This document shows, piece after piece, positions 62,484 to 64,000 of a DNA stretch of 64,000 nt. The DNA lies in the NCBI GenBank assembly GCA_001029735.1, contig CP011213.1, forward strand, positions 848,298 through 912,297, in the 5' to 3' direction. Made by a program: the position numbers and the translations under genes. The notes beneath the pieces were generated by a model, which had not been told where the DNA came from, did no database searches, and saw only the letters and a program-made list of their open reading frames with translations. Position 1 is the first letter of the stretch. Every line of letters starts with the position of its first letter. The stretch is from Berkelbacteria bacterium GW2011_GWE1_39_12 (GTDB lineage: Bacteria > Patescibacteriota > UBA1384 > UBA12157).

Positions 62484-63058
62484 GCCTAATGATAACCACC
62501 GGCGAATGCCGGTGGTATCTATCCTGCCCGCTGATCGCGGGCGAGGTTACAACAGGACTGGTTGAGCTGATTGCTGTTTGTCTTGGTTTTGAATGTATTT
62601 TCTGATTGCTATTTCACTGATGCCGATAGTGGAAACAAAGTATCCACGACTCCAAAAGGTTCCTAAGGGAATCTTTTTGTTTTTCTTTTTGATCCAAGCG
62701 GATGATTTACCTTTCAGAATGCTCATGGCGTAGCTAACAGAGTATTTAGGAGGAATAGAAATATAGATATGAATATGGTCATCGGCAATATGGATTTCGT
62801 AAATCACAAGTCCTTTCCATTTGGCGATCATCTTGAAGATACGTTCAAATTCTTGTTTAATATAGGTAGAACACATGACTCTACCGCGATACTTTGGTGA
62901 CCAGACCAAGTGGTATCGACAACAGTATAACGCATGATTTAGTTGGTACAATCGAGAATTAGACAATAAAATCACCTCCTTCCTTCGTCGGGGTGATTTT
63001 ATTGTAACGCGATGCTTTAAAACGCACACGCCAGCTAAAGCTGGCGGATTTTCCTTTA
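62484..63058. mobile_element. IS200/IS605-family insertion sequence (tnpA only) with subterminal hairpins (ACCACCGGC-gaat-GCCGGTGGT, GCCCGC-tgat-GCGGGC at left; CGCCAGC-taa-GCTGGCG at right) and an RBS-sequestering hairpin
   Basis: TnpA Y1 transposase flanked by imperfect palindromes. AAAATCACC...GGTGATTTT stem (62970-63002) covers the GGAGG of tnpA. Confidence 0.55.
62547..62966 (-). CDS. tnpA: IS200/IS605 family transposase TnpA (Y1 HUH)
   Basis: ...YHLVWSPKYRGRV..., ...DDHIHIYISIPPKYSVS... (HuH), ...RGYFVSTIG... (catalytic Tyr). TTG start 8 nt after GGAGG preferred over the upstream GTG. Confidence 0.75.
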   Translation of the reverse strand: MSNSRLYQLNHALYCCRYHLVWSPKYRGRVMCSTYIKQEFERIFKMIAKWKGLVIYEIHIADDHIHIYISIPPKYSVSYAMSILKGKSSAWIKKKNKKIPLGTFWSRGYFVSTIGISEIAIRKYIQNQDKQQSAQPVLL

Positions 63059-63059
63059 A

Positions 63060-63110
63060 CTAAAAAGGACCCGCAGAGAGGCTTTTTAAGCCTTCTGGGG
63101 CCCTTTTTGT
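63060..63110 (-). terminator. intrinsic terminator of the glucosaminidase gene (long imperfect hairpin + U5)
   Basis: GGGCCCCAGAAGGCTT-aaaa-AGCCTCTCTGCGGGTCC followed by TTTTT on the minus strand. Confidence 0.55.
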
Positions 63111-63123
63111 ATACAATACATAG

Positions 63124-63660
63124 TTATAGACTGGCCATAACCGATTCAACTCGTAAGTGCCAAGTATCACCGACACAATAGATAGGGTTGATTTTAGCAG
63201 GCGTATCTAAACCACGACTGAAGTAAACACGTTTGATATAGTCAAACTGGTCACGAATACCTTCTTCTGGGGTAGACCATGAGGCCCAACCACCAGATTT
63301 GGCCTTACGACCAAAGTAGTTGTGGTTGCGTTCGGCAAGCGAAGAACCATAATTACCGGATTCGTGGTAACCAATAGCATAAACTAATTTCCAGTCAACG
63401 GAGTATTCAGGAGCAATAGACTGCATGAAAGCCTTAATTTTTTCAGGGGTAGGATTTTCATTAAAATCCTTCATATCGGCCTCAGAAACACCAATAATAA
63501 TTTCGGTTTTTTGAGGTTCGATTTTTAACATCTGGCTAGCACCCTTATCAAAAACAATGTTTGATTCAGGTTTATTACTCTTAGCCTGGGCGATAGCGGT
63601 AGAAGCTAAGAAGATAGCGGCAACAGATAAAGAGATAGTTAATATTTTCTTAATAGTCAT
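63124..63660 (-). CDS. secreted GH73-family N-acetylglucosaminidase-like peptidoglycan hydrolase
   Basis: Signal peptide then ...YAIGYHESGNYGSSLAERNHNYFG... (FlgJ/GH73 catalytic region). Confidence 0.65.
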   Translation of the reverse strand: MTIKKILTISLSVAAIFLASTAIAQAKSNKPESNIVFDKGASQMLKIEPQKTEIIIGVSEADMKDFNENPTPEKIKAFMQSIAPEYSVDWKLVYAIGYHESGNYGSSLAERNHNYFGRKAKSGGWASWSTPEEGIRDQFDYIKRVYFSRGLDTPAKINPIYCVGDTWHLRVESVMASL

Positions 63661-63836
63661 TGAAACTCCTTTAATTAAATTAATAAAAAAATCTTTCGGA
63701 TCTCTCCAAAAGACGATCTAGTATATCATATAAGTAACCGCTTGTCAAGATATTAACCCACAATCGGTAAACAAAAAGAGCCTTTGCAAAGCATTGGCTC
63801 TTTTTGAATATTTAATATTAAATTGTTTTACCCTTA

Positions 63837-64000
63837 CATACCTATCTCGTAGGCAATAGTTTTAACTTTGGTTACATACCATTGTGCATGGTTATAGTTA
63901 AACAAAGCATCGTCAATACGACCTTCGTCGGCACCGGATCTAGCTAAATAGTGAGCCGCGCCGTAAATAGCATCAACAACGTCAGTCGCATCAGCGACAC
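63837..64000 (-). CDS. lytic-transglycosylase (SLT-domain)-like protein, C-terminal fragment (5' end outside window)
   Basis: ...DAIYGAAHYLARSGADEGRIDDALFNYNHAQWYV... resembles the SLT ...AYNAG... region; stop at 63834-63836. Bidirectional terminator hairpin at ~63776-63806. Confidence 0.45.

Overview
This 64 kb window is AT-rich (roughly 35-40% GC), gene-dense, uses the standard genetic code, and looks like a streamlined bacterial chromosome of Patescibacteria/CPR style. That lineage placement is inferred from gene content and streamlining and is not proven.

Core content, in order:
- The 3' end of the ribosomal-protein/rpoA cluster (map', infA, rpmJ, rpsM, rpsK, rpsD, rpoA, rplQ) plus rplM-rpsI, rbfA, pheS-pheT, rnc-nusB-rpmF and leuS.
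- A ~12 kb collinear minus-strand string: pgi/pmi, eno, three tandem cofactor-independent phosphoglycerate mutase paralogs, an ADP-forming acetyl-CoA synthetase, a 2-oxoacid:ferredoxin oxidoreductase (alpha, beta, gamma-delta), a DEDDh exonuclease and a tRNA-Ala.
- A tRNA cluster (Ala-CGC, Leu-CAA) with degenerate tRNA-Ala-derived fragments.
- Cell-envelope genes: sortase, PEGA protein, murA, mreB, GT4 and WecB/TagA glycosyltransferases, GH73 glucosaminidase, SLT-like fragment.
- nusA, clpC, a short rel, hisS, lexA and dinB, an orphan histidine kinase, a NUDIX hydrolase and a DUF3048 protein.

The accessory character comes from several short higher-GC islets (~45-50% GC) carrying unrecognisable ORFs. 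These include:
- a group-3 sigma factor with a C-terminal extension;
- an acidic 356-aa orphan;
- a kinase-like protein;
- an HhH-GPD/FeS glycosylase-like protein;
- three small ORFs with duplicated structured leaders.

Two small HUH (Y1) transposase elements are present: a REP-flanked RAYT and an IS200/IS605 TnpA.

The most interesting signals:
- a 15-nt motif (TTCGYTTTTTGTTCG) sitting exactly in the 17-nt promoter spacers of lexA and of a small-ORF-dinB operon, a candidate SOS operator;
- a 102-bp structured leader duplicated upstream of two non-homologous small genes, with compensatory substitutions in a stem;
- an RNB exoribonuclease fused to tandem C-terminal dsRBDs, preceded by nested alternative hairpins;
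- an array of three 13-bp palindromes at 26-bp spacing between the sigma-factor gene and nusA;
- a recurrent hairpin-GCGGAATT element in the 5' regions of leuS, rpmF, porA and lexA;
- tandem triplication of gpmI;
- an rpoA lacking the alpha-CTD.

No CRISPR array, rRNA gene or recognisable large prophage was seen. All calls are from reading the sequence and ORF translations; nothing was searched against databases.
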